DNA of 64,000 nt, from positions 288,001 through 352,000 of the forward strand of contig CAWGVS010000010.1 of the NCBI GenBank assembly GCA_963826115.1, read 5' to 3'. The translations under genes and the position numbers were made by a program. Source of the stretch: an uncultured Candidatus Rokubacteria bacterium. GTDB lineage: Bacteria > Methylomirabilota > Methylomirabilia > Rokubacteriales > DASRDR01. The notes beneath the pieces were generated by a model. It was not told the DNA's origin. It searched no databases and saw only the letters and a program-made list of their open reading frames with translations. Shown here one piece after another: positions 48,646 through 59,133 of the stretch; within the stretch, counting starts at the first letter, position 1; each line of letters begins with the position of its first letter.

Positions 48646-49086
48646 GTGTTTCGCGGCAGGTACGACCACACGATCGACCCGAAGGGGCGTCTGAGCATTC
48701 CCGCGCGCTATCGCGACGAGCTGGCGGCGCGCGATGTCATGACGCTCGTTCTCAGCGAGGGCGATCACTGCGTGTCGGCGTACCCGCTCGACGAGTGGGA
48801 GAAGCTCGAGGAGGGCCTCCGCCAGCAGTCGTCGTTCCTGCCCGAGCGCCGCAACGTGGTGCGCCTCATGATTGCCAGCGCGAAGGAATGTCCGGTCGAC
48901 CGCGCCGGGCGCACGCTCGTGCCGCCGGAGCTCCGCGAGTTCGCGGGCCTGAAGAAGGACGTCGTGATCGCCGGCGCGCTGGAGTTCTTCGAGATCTGGA
49001 GCCGCGATCGCTGGGTCGACTATCGCCAGTCGCTGCGCGGCGGCTACGACGAGATGACGCGCAAGCTGGCCGAGCGGAAGCCATGA
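48646..49086 (+). CDS. mraZ: Division/cell wall cluster transcriptional repressor MraZ
   Basis: FRGRYDHTIDPKGRLSIPA, DRAGR, FEIWS. Confidence 0.96.
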   Translation: MFRGRYDHTIDPKGRLSIPARYRDELAARDVMTLVLSEGDHCVSAYPLDEWEKLEEGLRQQSSFLPERRNVVRLMIASAKECPVDRAGRTLVPPELREFAGLKKDVVIAGALEFFEIWSRDRWVDYRQSLRGGYDEMTRKLAERKP

Positions 49087-50057
49087 GCCCAGAGGCCGAA
49101 GGCCGTCCGATCAACGACCACGGAGCGGAGGGTAGCCCAGCGAGTGTCGCGACGGGACACCGCGAGGCGCGTCACGTGCCGGTGATGCTCGACGAGGTGC
49201 TGCACTGGCTCACGCCGGTGCCGCCCGGGACGTGGATCGTCGACGGCACCGTGGGACTGGGCGGGCACGCGGCCGCGCTCCTGTCCCACGCGGCGGGGAG
49301 CCGCTTGCTGGGCCTGGACCGGGATCCGGATGCCCTCGCGCTCGCGGCGCAGCGTCTCGCGCCCTTCCAGGACCGGTGCGTTCTCCGTCACGCCGACTTC
49401 CGGCATCTGGACGCCGAGGCCCGGGCGTGCGGCGCGGCCCCCGCCCACGCCGTCCTCCTGGATCTCGGGCTCTCGTCGCTCCAGCTCGAGCGGAGCGGCC
49501 GCGGGTTCTCCTTCCAGGGCGACGAGCCGCTCGACATGCGGTTCGACACGCGGCAGCCGCTCACGGCCGCCGAGCTCATCCGGCGCACGTCCGAACCGGA
49601 GCTCGCGGACCTGATCCACGAGTACGGCGAGGAGCCGGCGGCGCGGCGGATCGCCCGGCGGCTCGTCCAGGCGCGCGTGCGGACGCCCATCCGCACGACG
49701 CGGCAGCTCGCCGAGGTCGTCGCCTCGGCCATCCCGGCGCACCGGCGCACCTACCGGATCCACCCGGCGACGCGCACGTTCCAGGCCCTCCGGATCGCGG
49801 TGAACGACGAGCTGGGGAGCCTGGACGCCGCGCTCCCGCAGGGCGCCGAGCTCCTGGCGCCGGGCGGCCGGTTCGGCGTGATCGCATTCCATTCGCTTGA
49901 GGACCGCCTCGTCAAGGGCGCCTTCCGCCGCCTGTCGCACACGGGCTGGCAGGCGCTCACGCGGAAGCCCCTGCGGCCCGGCGACGACGAGGTCCAATCC
50001 AACCCCCGATCCCGGAGCGCGCGGTTCCGGGTGCTGGAGCGAGGCGCTGCATCATGA
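49083..50057 (+). CDS. rsmH: 16S rRNA m4C1402 methyltransferase RsmH
   Basis: HVPVM, DGTVGLGGH, DLGLSS, PLDMR, FQALRIAVNDEL, FHSLEDR, NPRSRSA. Confidence 0.96.
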   Translation: MSPEAEGRPINDHGAEGSPASVATGHREARHVPVMLDEVLHWLTPVPPGTWIVDGTVGLGGHAAALLSHAAGSRLLGLDRDPDALALAAQRLAPFQDRCVLRHADFRHLDAEARACGAAPAHAVLLDLGLSSLQLERSGRGFSFQGDEPLDMRFDTRQPLTAAELIRRTSEPELADLIHEYGEEPAARRIARRLVQARVRTPIRTTRQLAEVVASAIPAHRRTYRIHPATRTFQALRIAVNDELGSLDAALPQGAELLAPGGRFGVIAFHSLEDRLVKGAFRRLSHTGWQALTRKPLRPGDDEVQSNPRSRSARFRVLERGAAS

Positions 50058-50461
50058 CGCGGCTGATCCACGATCAGGCTTCGACGGTTGTCCGCGAGCG
50101 CGACCGGCGTCGCCTGCGGGCCATGGCCGGGATGCTCTGCCTCGGGTGCGTGCTGGTCGGGGCGGTGCTCGGGTACGTGTGGCTCCAGGTCCAGCGGGTG
50201 CGCGTGTCCTACGGGATCGAGTCGCTCCGCGGCAGCCGCACCCGCCTCGAGGAGCAGAACCGGAAGCTCCAGCTCGAGCTGGCGTCGCTCCGCGCGTTCG
50301 CGCGTGTGGACTCGGCGGCACGGCGGCTCGGCCTCACGCCGCCCGGCCCCGACCAGATCCAGCTCGCGCGGGAGTACGTGGCCCCGGAGGGGACCGGCCG
50401 CAGCGCCGCGCTCCGCGCGGACGCCACCGACACGATCGTCCAGAAGACCGGGCGGCCTTGA
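50054..50461 (+). CDS. ftsL: Cell division protein FtsL
   Basis: Position in the dcw cluster; single TM plus coiled coil, ARRLGL. Confidence 0.85.
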   Translation: MTRLIHDQASTVVRERDRRRLRAMAGMLCLGCVLVGAVLGYVWLQVQRVRVSYGIESLRGSRTRLEEQNRKLQLELASLRAFARVDSAARRLGLTPPGPDQIQLAREYVAPEGTGRSAALRADATDTIVQKTGRP

Positions 50462-50634
50462 TTCCTTGATGACGTGCACCGGCCAGTCCGCCGCCGTGGT
50501 CGGCCCCCGGGGGACGACCGGCCTTCGGCCGGCCACGGTGACTCGGCGGTGATCGCCGGCGCGCGACCGGAGGGGCGGGACATGCGGCCGAGCCGGACTG
50601 TCCCGGCGGCCGCACCCGCCCCCGTCCGGAGACC

Positions 50635-52614
50635 ATGACGGAGCCCAAGTCCCGGTACCGGAGCCGTGGGCTCGTCCTGACCGGCTGTCTCCTCCTGCTC
50701 CTCGGCTCGATCGTCGTCCGGCTGGGCTACCTCCAGATCCTCCGCCACGACGAGCTCGCGCGGCTCGCCGAGCGCCAGTACTCCAAGACCATCCCGCTCC
50801 GGCCCGAGCGCGGCCCGATCCTCGACCGGAACGGCTACGCACTGGCCGTCAGCGCTCCTGTCGAGTCGGTCTACGCGCTGCCGGGCAAGATCGCCGACCG
50901 CGCGGCCGTCGCCGCCGCGCTGGCCCCGCACCTCGGCGAGCGCGCGCGCGACATCGAACAGAAGCTGGCGAGCGACCGACCCTTCGTCTGGGTGAAGGTG
51001 AAGATCCCGCCCGGGGCGGCGGAGGCGATCCGGACCCAGCGTCTGCCCGGCATCGGCACGGTGCCCGAGGCGCTCCGCTTCTACCCGAACCGGGAGCTCG
51101 CCGCGCAGGTCCTCGGATTCGTCGGCCGGGACGACCGGGGCCTCGAGGGCCTGGAGCTGGCTCACGACAAGGCGCTCGCGGGCGAGGCGGGCCTGGCGCT
51201 CGTCGAGCGGGACGCCCTCGGCCGGGAGATGACGGGCCAGCCCACGATCCTGAAGGCGCCCACGCCGGGGACGGGTCTGGTCCTGACGCTCGACGCGACC
51301 GTGCAGTACCTCGCCGAGCGCGAGCTGGAGACGGCGTGGCGTTCGACCCAGGCCAAGGCGGGGATGGTCCTCGCCATGGACCCGCGGACCGGCGAGATCC
51401 TCGCGATGGCGATGCGGCCGACGTTCAACCCGAACGCATACCAGCTGGCCACGGCCGAGCAGTGGCGGAACCGCGCCGTGACCGACCCGTTCGAGCCCGG
51501 GTCGACCTTCAAGGCCATCCTGGCCGCCTCGGCCCTCGAGGATGGCGTCGTGAAGCCCGGCGATCGCTTCTACGGTGAGCAGGGCGTCATCACGGTCGCC
51601 AACAAGTCGATCCACGACTGGAAGAAGTACGGCTGGCTCACGTTCCAGCAGGTTCTCCAGTACTCCTCGAACGTGGGCGCGATCAAGGTGGGCATGCAGC
51701 TCGGCCGGGAGCGCTACTACCGGCACGTCACCGAGTTCGGCTTCGGGAGCCTGACGGGCGTCGGCCTCCCCGGGGAGAGCCGCGGCCAGCTGCGCTCGCC
51801 CGACCGGTGGTCGGGACTGTCGCTGGCGAGCATCTCGATCGGCCAGGAGATCTCGGTGACCGGCGTGCAGATGCTGGCGGCGTTCGGCGCCCTCGCCAAC
51901 GGCGGCCGGATGATGCAGCCCTACGTGGTCCGCGCCGTCCTCGACCGGAGCGGGAAAGAGGTGCGGCGGATCGAGCCCCAGGCGGTCCGCCAGGTGATCT
52001 CGCCCCCGACGGCCGCGACCCTCACCGACATCCTGGCGTCGGTGGTCGCCGAGGGGACAGGGCACAAGGCCGTCGTCCCGGGATACGACGTCGCCGGCAA
52101 GACGGGGACGGCACAGAAGCCGGACCCCGTCACGCACGTCTATTCCCGCAAGCCCGGCGTGCTCTCGTTCATCGGCTTCGTTCCCGCGAGCGCCCCCCGG
52201 CTGGTGATCCTGGCCCTGCTGGACGAGCCCAAGACCGTCGTCTGGGGCTCGGAGGCGGCGGCCCCGATCTTCGCGTCGGTGGCGGCGCCGGTCCTGCGGC
52301 ACCTCGACGTGACGCCGACCGAGGCCGTGCCGGCGGTCCAGATCGTGCGGGCGGGGAGCCGGGACGCGAGCCGGGAGCCGCCGGCCGAGCCGGCGGCGGG
52401 GATGTCGCCGGACGGGGAGGCGCTGATGCCGGACCTGATGGGGAAGAGCCTGCGCCAAGCGCTGGCTCTTCTTGGAGCGCTGGACGTCGACGTGGCCGTG
52501 GCGGGGCGGGGACTCGTCGTGCGCCAGACGCCCCCGCCCGGGACGCCGCTCGGTGCCGGCGCGTCCTGCCGCCTCGAGCTCGCGCCGCCCGCGCGCGGTC
52601 GGATGGAGTCCTGA
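50635..52614 (+). CDS. ftsI: Class B PBP FtsI (PBP3) with a C-terminal PASTA domain
   Basis: RGPILDRNG, EPGSTFK, SSN, GKTGTAQ, MPDLMGKSLR. Confidence 0.95.
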   Translation: MTEPKSRYRSRGLVLTGCLLLLLGSIVVRLGYLQILRHDELARLAERQYSKTIPLRPERGPILDRNGYALAVSAPVESVYALPGKIADRAAVAAALAPHLGERARDIEQKLASDRPFVWVKVKIPPGAAEAIRTQRLPGIGTVPEALRFYPNRELAAQVLGFVGRDDRGLEGLELAHDKALAGEAGLALVERDALGREMTGQPTILKAPTPGTGLVLTLDATVQYLAERELETAWRSTQAKAGMVLAMDPRTGEILAMAMRPTFNPNAYQLATAEQWRNRAVTDPFEPGSTFKAILAASALEDGVVKPGDRFYGEQGVITVANKSIHDWKKYGWLTFQQVLQYSSNVGAIKVGMQLGRERYYRHVTEFGFGSLTGVGLPGESRGQLRSPDRWSGLSLASISIGQEISVTGVQMLAAFGALANGGRMMQPYVVRAVLDRSGKEVRRIEPQAVRQVISPPTAATLTDILASVVAEGTGHKAVVPGYDVAGKTGTAQKPDPVTHVYSRKPGVLSFIGFVPASAPRLVILALLDEPKTVVWGSEAAAPIFASVAAPVLRHLDVTPTEAVPAVQIVRAGSRDASREPPAEPAAGMSPDGEALMPDLMGKSLRQALALLGALDVDVAVAGRGLVVRQTPPPGTPLGAGASCRLELAPPARGRMES

Positions 52615-54146
52615 TGGCCGCTCTCGCCGAGTCGCGGGAGGTCCGCCTGGAGACCCTGCTCGAGGCGATGCCCGAGCGGGAGGTCCTGGGCAGGCTTCCC
52701 GGGACCGTCCGCGGCCTGACGGACGACTCTCGCCGCGTCACCGAGGGCAGCTGCTTCGTGGCGGTCCGCGGCCTCCGTGCGGACGGGCACCGGTTCATCC
52801 CTCAGGCCGTCGAGCGCGGCGCGCGGACCGTCGTCGCCGAGCCACCGGACCCGCTGCCCGGCGGCGCCATCGGGCGGATCCTGGTGCCCGACAGCCGGCG
52901 CGCGCTGCCGCGGCTCGCCGACGCGTACTTCGGCCATCCGTCGCGGGCCCTCACCGTCGTGGGCGTCACGGGGACGAACGGGAAGACGACGACGTCCTAC
53001 CTCTGCGAGGCGCTCCTCCGGGCGCGCGGCCTCGCCACGGGCGTCATCGGCACGATCCAGTACGTCGTGCGAGGCCAGGCCCGCGACGCCAGCCAGACCA
53101 CGCCCGAGGCGATCGAGCTCCAGGGACTGCTCGCGGAGATGGTGGCCACCGGGGTCGGTGGTGTCGCCATGGAGGTCTCCTCCCACGCCATCGCCCTCCA
53201 CCGCGTGGACGCCGTGGCCTTCGACGTGGCCGTGTTCACGAACCTGACCCAGGACCATCTCGACTTCCACGGCACGATGGAGGAGTACGCGGCCACCAAG
53301 CGCCGCCTGTTCTCGGACCTCCTGCCCTCGGGCGGGAAGCCGGGGGCGACGTCCGTCTTGAACGCGGACGATCCGGTCGGCGCCGAATGGGCCACGACGC
53401 TCCCCGGCCGGGTCCTGACGTTCGGGCTGGGTTCGGGCCACCTGATCCGGCCGCTCGAGCACGAGTCGGGCCTGGGCGGCATCCGGCTCGTGGCGACGAC
53501 GCCGGCGGGCCTCGTCCGGCTCGCCTCGCCCCTGATCGGCGAGCACAACGTCATGAACCTCCTCGGCGCGATCGGCGCCGGCGTGGCGCTCGGGCTCGAC
53601 GCCGGCGCCATCGCCGCCGCGCTCGCCTCCGTGACCCGCGTCCCCGGGCGCTTCGAGCAGGTGGAGGCGGGCCAGGACTTCCTGGTGGTCGTGGACTACG
53701 CCCACACGCCGGACGCGCTCGAGCGGGTGCTGGAGACGGCCCGGCGCCTCACGCCGGGGCGGCTCGGCGTGGTCTTCGGCGCCGGCGGCGACCGCGATCG
53801 CACCAAGCGCCCGATCATGGGCCGGATCGCCGGCCGGCTGGCCGACCGCGCGTGGCTCACGTCGGACAATCCGCGCTCGGAGGATCCCCCCGCGATCATC
53901 GAGGAGATCGCCGCGGGTCTCGCCCGGCTGCCGCGCGAGGGCTTCGCGCGGGAGCCGGACCGGCGCGAGGCGATCCGCCAGGCCATCGCCTGGGCGCGCG
54001 CCGGCGATACGGTGGTGATCGCCGGGAAGGGCCACGAGACGTATCAGATCATCGGGGGCCAGGTCCTGCCGTTCGACGACCGCCAGGTGGCGCGGGAGTT
54101 CCTGACTGCCGGGGGCCCGCGAGGAGGCGCGCCGTGCCGCGCCTGA
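52614..54146 (+). CDS. murE: UDP-MurNAc-tripeptide synthetase MurE (meso-DAP type)
   Basis: GTNGKTT, MEVSSH, TNLTQDHLDFH, DYAHTPD, DNPR, GKGHE. Confidence 0.96.
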   Translation: MAALAESREVRLETLLEAMPEREVLGRLPGTVRGLTDDSRRVTEGSCFVAVRGLRADGHRFIPQAVERGARTVVAEPPDPLPGGAIGRILVPDSRRALPRLADAYFGHPSRALTVVGVTGTNGKTTTSYLCEALLRARGLATGVIGTIQYVVRGQARDASQTTPEAIELQGLLAEMVATGVGGVAMEVSSHAIALHRVDAVAFDVAVFTNLTQDHLDFHGTMEEYAATKRRLFSDLLPSGGKPGATSVLNADDPVGAEWATTLPGRVLTFGLGSGHLIRPLEHESGLGGIRLVATTPAGLVRLASPLIGEHNVMNLLGAIGAGVALGLDAGAIAAALASVTRVPGRFEQVEAGQDFLVVVDYAHTPDALERVLETARRLTPGRLGVVFGAGGDRDRTKRPIMGRIAGRLADRAWLTSDNPRSEDPPAIIEEIAAGLARLPREGFAREPDRREAIRQAIAWARAGDTVVIAGKGHETYQIIGGQVLPFDDRQVAREFLTAGGPRGGAPCRA

Positions 54147-55540
54147 CGCTCGCCGAGCTCGTGCGCGGCACCCAGGGCGCGCTCGTCGGGGGCCGGCTGG
54201 ACACGATGATCACCGGCGTGTCGATCGACAGCCGCACCTGCCGGTCCGGTGACGCCTTCTTCGCGATCCGGGGGGCGAACCAGGACGGTCACGCCTTCGT
54301 GGCGCACGCGCGCATGCACGGCGCCGCCTGTGCGGTCACGACGCGCATCCCCGCCGGGCTGGGCGCGGAGGCGGACTTCCCGGTCGTCCTCGTCGACGAC
54401 ACGACGGCGGCGCTCCAGCGGCTGGGCACGGCCCACCGCCGGCGGTTCTCCATCCCGGTCGTGGCGATCACCGGCTCGAACGGGAAGACGACGACGAAGG
54501 AGCTGGTCGCGACCGTGCTGTCGGCGCGCCGGCGCGTCCTCAAGCCCCAGGCGAGCTACAACAACCAGTGGGGCGTGCCGCTGACGCTCCTCATGCTCGA
54601 GCCCGAGCACGAGGCGGCCGTCCTCGAGCTCGGGATGAACGCCTTCGGCGAGATCGCCGCGCTCGCGCAGCTCTGCCAGCCGACGGTCGGCGTGGTGACC
54701 ACGATCGCGCCGGCGCACCTCGAAGGCGTCGGGTCGCTCGAGGGCGTGCAGAAGGCCAAAGGCGAGCTGGTCGAGGCGATCCCGCCCGAGGGCGTCGTGG
54801 TGCTGAACGCCGACGATCCCCTCGTCCTGGCGCTCGCCGCCCGCTCGAAGGCGCCGGTGACGACCTACGGCCAGGCCGACCGCGCCGACGTCCGGCTGGG
54901 CGACGTCGCGCTGGTCGACGGCGGACTCGCGTTCCGCCTGGTGGCCGGCCGGTCGAGCGCCGACGTCCGGCTGCCGCTCGCGGGCCGGCACAATGCGTGG
55001 CACGCGGCGGCCGCCGCGGCGGTCGGGCTCGCGCTGGGGGTGCCCCTTGACGAGGCCGCGGCCGCGCTGGCCCTGGCGGCGCCGGTGAAGGGCCGGCTCG
55101 TCTGGCGGGAGGCGGGGGGCGCCCGGATCCTCGACGACACGTACAACGCGAACCCCGTCTCCGTGCGCGCCGCGCTCGACGCGCTCCGCGAGGCCCCGGG
55201 TGGCGGCCGCCGCTGGGTGATCCTCGGCGACATGCTGGAGCTCGGTCCGCTCACCGAGAGCGCCCACCGGGAGGTCGGCGCCCTGATCGCCGCCCTGCCG
55301 GTGGCCGGGCTGGCCACCGTGGGCGCCGCGACGCGCGTGACCGCCGAGGTGGCGCGGGCTGGCGGCTGTCCCGAGGTGGCGACGTTCGCGACGCCCGAGG
55401 GCGCCGCGGCGCACATGATCGCCCGCGTGGCGCGCGGCGACCGCGTGCTGGTCAAGGGATCGCGGGGCATGCGGATGGAGCGCGCCGTCGACGCCCTCAT
55501 GACGGGGCTCGCGCTCGCCGGGGAGGCGCCGCGATGCTGA
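54134..55540 (+). CDS. murF: UDP-MurNAc-pentapeptide synthetase MurF
   Basis: GSNGKTTTKE, YNNQWGVP, DDTYNANP, GDMLELG, KGSRG. Confidence 0.95.
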   Translation: MPRLTLAELVRGTQGALVGGRLDTMITGVSIDSRTCRSGDAFFAIRGANQDGHAFVAHARMHGAACAVTTRIPAGLGAEADFPVVLVDDTTAALQRLGTAHRRRFSIPVVAITGSNGKTTTKELVATVLSARRRVLKPQASYNNQWGVPLTLLMLEPEHEAAVLELGMNAFGEIAALAQLCQPTVGVVTTIAPAHLEGVGSLEGVQKAKGELVEAIPPEGVVVLNADDPLVLALAARSKAPVTTYGQADRADVRLGDVALVDGGLAFRLVAGRSSADVRLPLAGRHNAWHAAAAAAVGLALGVPLDEAAAALALAAPVKGRLVWREAGGARILDDTYNANPVSVRAALDALREAPGGGRRWVILGDMLELGPLTESAHREVGALIAALPVAGLATVGAATRVTAEVARAGGCPEVATFATPEGAAAHMIARVARGDRVLVKGSRGMRMERAVDALMTGLALAGEAPRC

Positions 55541-56607
55541 CCGCCCTCGCCGGCCTGGCGAAGTACCACATCCTCTTCAACGTCTTCCGGTACATCACGT
55601 TCCGGACGGCGATGGCGCTGGTGACCGCGCTCGTGATCTCGCTCTGCCTCGGGCCATGGATGATCCGGAAGCTCCGCGAGCGGCAGATCGGGGAGAACAT
55701 CCGGTCCGACGGCCCGGAGCGCCACCGGGCCAAGGCGGGGACGCCGACCATGGGCGGCCTCCTGGTGCTGGGGTCGCTCGTCGTCTCGGTGCTGCTCTGG
55801 GGCAACCTCCAGAACCGCTTCGTGTGGGTCGCGCTTCTGACCACGGTCGCCATGGGCGCGATCGGGTTCTATGACGACTGGCTCAAGCTGCGGACGCGGC
55901 GCCCGCTGAAGATCCGGGAGAAGTTCCTGGCCCAGTGCCTGGTCGGCCTGGCGGTCGGCCTCTACCTGGTCCGGCACCCGTCCGACGGCGTCACCACCCA
56001 GCTCTCGGTGCCCTTCGTCAAGGAGTGGATCCCCGACCTCGGCGCCTGGTACATCCTGTTCGCGGCGCTGATCATCGTCGGCGCGTCGAACGCGGTGAAC
56101 CTCACCGACGGGCTCGACGGGCTGGCGATGGGCCCGGTGATCGTCGCAGCCGTGGCGTTCGGCATCATCGCCTACGTCACCGGCAACGCGCGCCTGTCCG
56201 AGTACCTCTTCATCCTGAAGGTCCGGGGCGCGGGCGAGCTCACCGTGTTCTGCGGCGCGATGATGGGGGCCGGCATCGGCTTCCTCTGGTTCAACAGCCA
56301 TCCCGCCGAGGTCTTCATGGGCGACGTCGGGTCGCTCTCGCTCGGCGGGGCGATCGGCGCCCTCGCGGTCCTGTCGAAGGCGGAGCTGCTTCTCCCGTTC
56401 ATCGGCGGCCTGTTCGTCGTCGAGGCGGTCTCGGTCATCCTCCAGGTCGCCTCGTTCCGCCTGACCGGTCGACGGATCTTCCGCATGGCGCCGCTCCACC
56501 ACCACTTCGAGCTGATCGGCTGGCCCGAGACCAAGGTCGTGATCCGCTTCTGGATCCTGGCGGTGCTCATGGCGCTCCTGGCGCTCACGACCCTCAAGCT
56601 CCGATGA
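55534..56607 (+). CDS. mraY: Phospho-N-acetylmuramoyl-pentapeptide transferase MraY
   Basis: GTPTMGG, NAVNLTDGLDGL, FMGDVGS, MAPLHHHFE. Confidence 0.97.
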   Translation: MLTALAGLAKYHILFNVFRYITFRTAMALVTALVISLCLGPWMIRKLRERQIGENIRSDGPERHRAKAGTPTMGGLLVLGSLVVSVLLWGNLQNRFVWVALLTTVAMGAIGFYDDWLKLRTRRPLKIREKFLAQCLVGLAVGLYLVRHPSDGVTTQLSVPFVKEWIPDLGAWYILFAALIIVGASNAVNLTDGLDGLAMGPVIVAAVAFGIIAYVTGNARLSEYLFILKVRGAGELTVFCGAMMGAGIGFLWFNSHPAEVFMGDVGSLSLGGAIGALAVLSKAELLLPFIGGLFVVEAVSVILQVASFRLTGRRIFRMAPLHHHFELIGWPETKVVIRFWILAVLMALLALTTLKLR

Positions 56608-58028
56608 CGACCATGACGCGGGAACGGAGCCGTCCAGCCTTCCTCGACGCCCCGCGCGGGCGGGCGTGGCGCGCGGCGCTCGCCGGCCGCGCCGCGACCG
56701 TGGTCGGCCTGGCGCGGAGCGGGATTGCGGCCTGCCGGCTCCTCCAGACGCTCGGGGCGCGCGTGACCGGAACCGACGCCCGCGCGGCGGACGCGCTGTC
56801 CCCCGAGGCCCGCGCGCTCGGCGGGGACGGCGTGCGCCTCGTCCTCGGTGGCCACCCGGCGGAGGCGTTCGCCGGCGCCGATCTGGTCGTGGTGAGCCCC
56901 GGGGTGCCTGCCGATGCGGCCGAGCTCCAGGACTGCCGGGCCCGGGGCGTGCCGGTCCTGGGCGAGGTCGAGCTCGCGTACCGGACGATGACGGCGGACT
57001 TCGTGGCGATCACGGGCACGAACGGGAAGACGACGACGACGGCGCTGACCGGCGCGCTCCTCGCCGCCTCCGGGCGTCCCGTCTTCGTCGGCGGCAACAT
57101 CGGCCGGCCACTGGCCTCCGAGGCGCTCGACTTCCCGGCGGATGGCTGGGTGGTCGCGGAGGTGTCGAGCTTCCAGCTCGAGACGACCGAGGCGTTCCGG
57201 CCGCGCGTGGCCGCGATCCTGAACGTGACGCCGGACCATCTCGACCGCCACGGGAGCCTCGCGGCCTACGCCGACGCGAAGGCGCGGATCTTCCGCGCCC
57301 AGGGGCGCGAGGACTTCGCCGTGCTCAACGCCGACGACCCGGGCGCCGCCGCTCTCGCGCCGCGGGCGCGGAGCCGGGTCCTCTGGTTCTCGCGCCGGGT
57401 GGCGGTCGGCGAGGGGGCCTGGGTCCGCGACGGCTGGGTGACGCTCCGTCTCGGGCGCGGAGACGAGCCGGTGTGCCCGGTCGACGAGATCCTGCTCCGC
57501 GGCGTCCACAACCTCGAGAACGTGCTCGCCGCGACGGCGTGCGCGGGCGCACTCGGCGTGTCGCCCGAGCGCCTGCGGGCGGCGATCCGCGTCTTCCGGG
57601 CCGTGCCGCACCGGATCGAGTGGATCCGCGACCGCGCCGGCGTCGCCTTCTACAACGACTCCAAGGGGACCAATGTCGACGCGACGCTGAAGGCCCTCGC
57701 GGCCTTCGACGAGCCGATCGTCCTGATCGCCGGGGGCCGCGACAAGGGCCAGAGCTTCGACGCGCTGGCATCGGCCGCGCGGGGGCGCGTCAAGGCCGCG
57801 ATCGTGATCGGCGAGGGGCGCGCCACACTGGGGCCGGCCCTCCGCGCCGCCACGCTCGTCGAGGAGGCGTCGTCCATGGGCGAGGCCGTCCGGCGGGCGG
57901 CGGCGCTCGCGGCGCCCGGCGACGTCGTGCTCCTCTCGCCGGCGTGCGCGTCGTTCGACCTGTTCCGTGACTACGAGCACCGGGGCGCGGTGTTCGCCGA
58001 GGAGGTCCGGGCCCTCCCGGAGCCCTGA
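56604..58028 (+). CDS. murD: UDP-MurNAc-L-Ala:D-Glu ligase MurD
   Basis: GLARSG, SPG, GTNGKTT, EVSSFQ, NDSKGTN, SPACASFD. Confidence 0.96.
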   Translation: MTTMTRERSRPAFLDAPRGRAWRAALAGRAATVVGLARSGIAACRLLQTLGARVTGTDARAADALSPEARALGGDGVRLVLGGHPAEAFAGADLVVVSPGVPADAAELQDCRARGVPVLGEVELAYRTMTADFVAITGTNGKTTTTALTGALLAASGRPVFVGGNIGRPLASEALDFPADGWVVAEVSSFQLETTEAFRPRVAAILNVTPDHLDRHGSLAAYADAKARIFRAQGREDFAVLNADDPGAAALAPRARSRVLWFSRRVAVGEGAWVRDGWVTLRLGRGDEPVCPVDEILLRGVHNLENVLAATACAGALGVSPERLRAAIRVFRAVPHRIEWIRDRAGVAFYNDSKGTNVDATLKALAAFDEPIVLIAGGRDKGQSFDALASAARGRVKAAIVIGEGRATLGPALRAATLVEEASSMGEAVRRAAALAAPGDVVLLSPACASFDLFRDYEHRGAVFAEEVRALPEP

Positions 58029-58031
58029 GCC

Positions 58032-59129
58032 ATGCCGCGCAAGATGAGCCCTGACTACTGGCTGTTCCTGGTGGTCCTGGCCCTGCTCGGGCTGGGCGTG
58101 GTCATGGTCTACTCGGCCAGCGCCATCCTCGCGACCGACCGCTTCCGGGACGCGCACTTCTTCCTCAAGAAGCAGCTGTTCTGGGCGGTGCTGGGGCTCG
58201 GCGTCATGTGGGGCGTGATGGCGGTCGACTACCGGCGGTGGCGGCCCCTGGTCAGCCCGCTCCTGGCGCTGGCCTTCGTGCTTCTCGTCCTCGTGCTGGT
58301 GCCGCCGTTCGGCCAGTCCATCAACGGAACGCGCCGCTGGCTCCGATGGGGGCCCGTCTCGGTGCAGCCGACCGAGCTCGCGAAGCTGGTCCTCGTCGTG
58401 TACCTCGCGGACTTCCTGGCCCGGCGGCAGGCCGTGATCGACAGCCTCTGGCGCGGCGTGCTCCCGCCGCTGGTGGTGACGGGCGGCGTGGCCGGGCTGG
58501 TGCTCCTCCAGCCGGACCTCGGCTCGGCGGTGGCGATCGTGGGCGTGGTCCTCTGCATGATCTTCGTCGCGGGTGCCCGGCTCCAGCACCTCGGGATGAT
58601 CGGCGGCCTCGCAGTGCCGGTCGTCGCGCTCGCGGTGTGGATGGCACCCTACCGCTTGCGCCGGATCCTGACGTTCATGGACCCATGGGCCGATCCACGG
58701 GGGGCCGGCTTCCAGATCATCCAGTCGTATCTCGCGCTCGGCGGGGGCGGGCTCCTCGGCCGCGGCCTCGGGGAGTCGAAGCAGAAGCTCTTCTATCTCC
58801 CCGAGCCCCACACGGACTTCATCTTCGCCATCCTGGGCGAGGAGCTGGGGTTCATCGGCGCGATCGCGACGGTCGCTCTCTTCGGTCTGCTCCTCTGGCG
58901 CGGGATCCGGATCGGGCTCCGGGTCGCCGACCCGTTCGGGGCGCTCCTGGCCTTCGGGGTCTCGGCCCTGCTGATCAACCAGGCCGTGGTGAACCTGGGC
59001 GTCGTGGTGGGGCTCTTCCCGACCAAGGGCCTGCCGCTTCCCTTCGTGTCCTCGGGCGGCTCCTCGCTCCTGGTGGCGATGGCGGCGGTGGGCATCCTCC
59101 TCAACATCTCGCAGCGGGCCGAGATCTGA
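58032..59129 (+). CDS. ftsW: Peptidoglycan polymerase FtsW
   Basis: [38 protein letters not shown]. Confidence 0.96.
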   Translation: MPRKMSPDYWLFLVVLALLGLGVVMVYSASAILATDRFRDAHFFLKKQLFWAVLGLGVMWGVMAVDYRRWRPLVSPLLALAFVLLVLVLVPPFGQSINGTRRWLRWGPVSVQPTELAKLVLVVYLADFLARRQAVIDSLWRGVLPPLVVTGGVAGLVLLQPDLGSAVAIVGVVLCMIFVAGARLQHLGMIGGLAVPVVALAVWMAPYRLRRILTFMDPWADPRGAGFQIIQSYLALGGGGLLGRGLGESKQKLFYLPEPHTDFIFAILGEELGFIGAIATVALFGLLLWRGIRIGLRVADPFGALLAFGVSALLINQAVVNLGVVVGLFPTKGLPLPFVSSGGSSLLVAMAAVGILLNISQRAEI

Positions 59130-59133
59130 GGCC

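Noticed and set aside
51807-55540. Apparent N-terminally extended MurE (779 aa) and MurF (1022 aa), or a MurE-MurF fusion
   Set aside because: The extensions are alternative frames of ftsI and murE; the genes have separate starts at 52614 and 54134.
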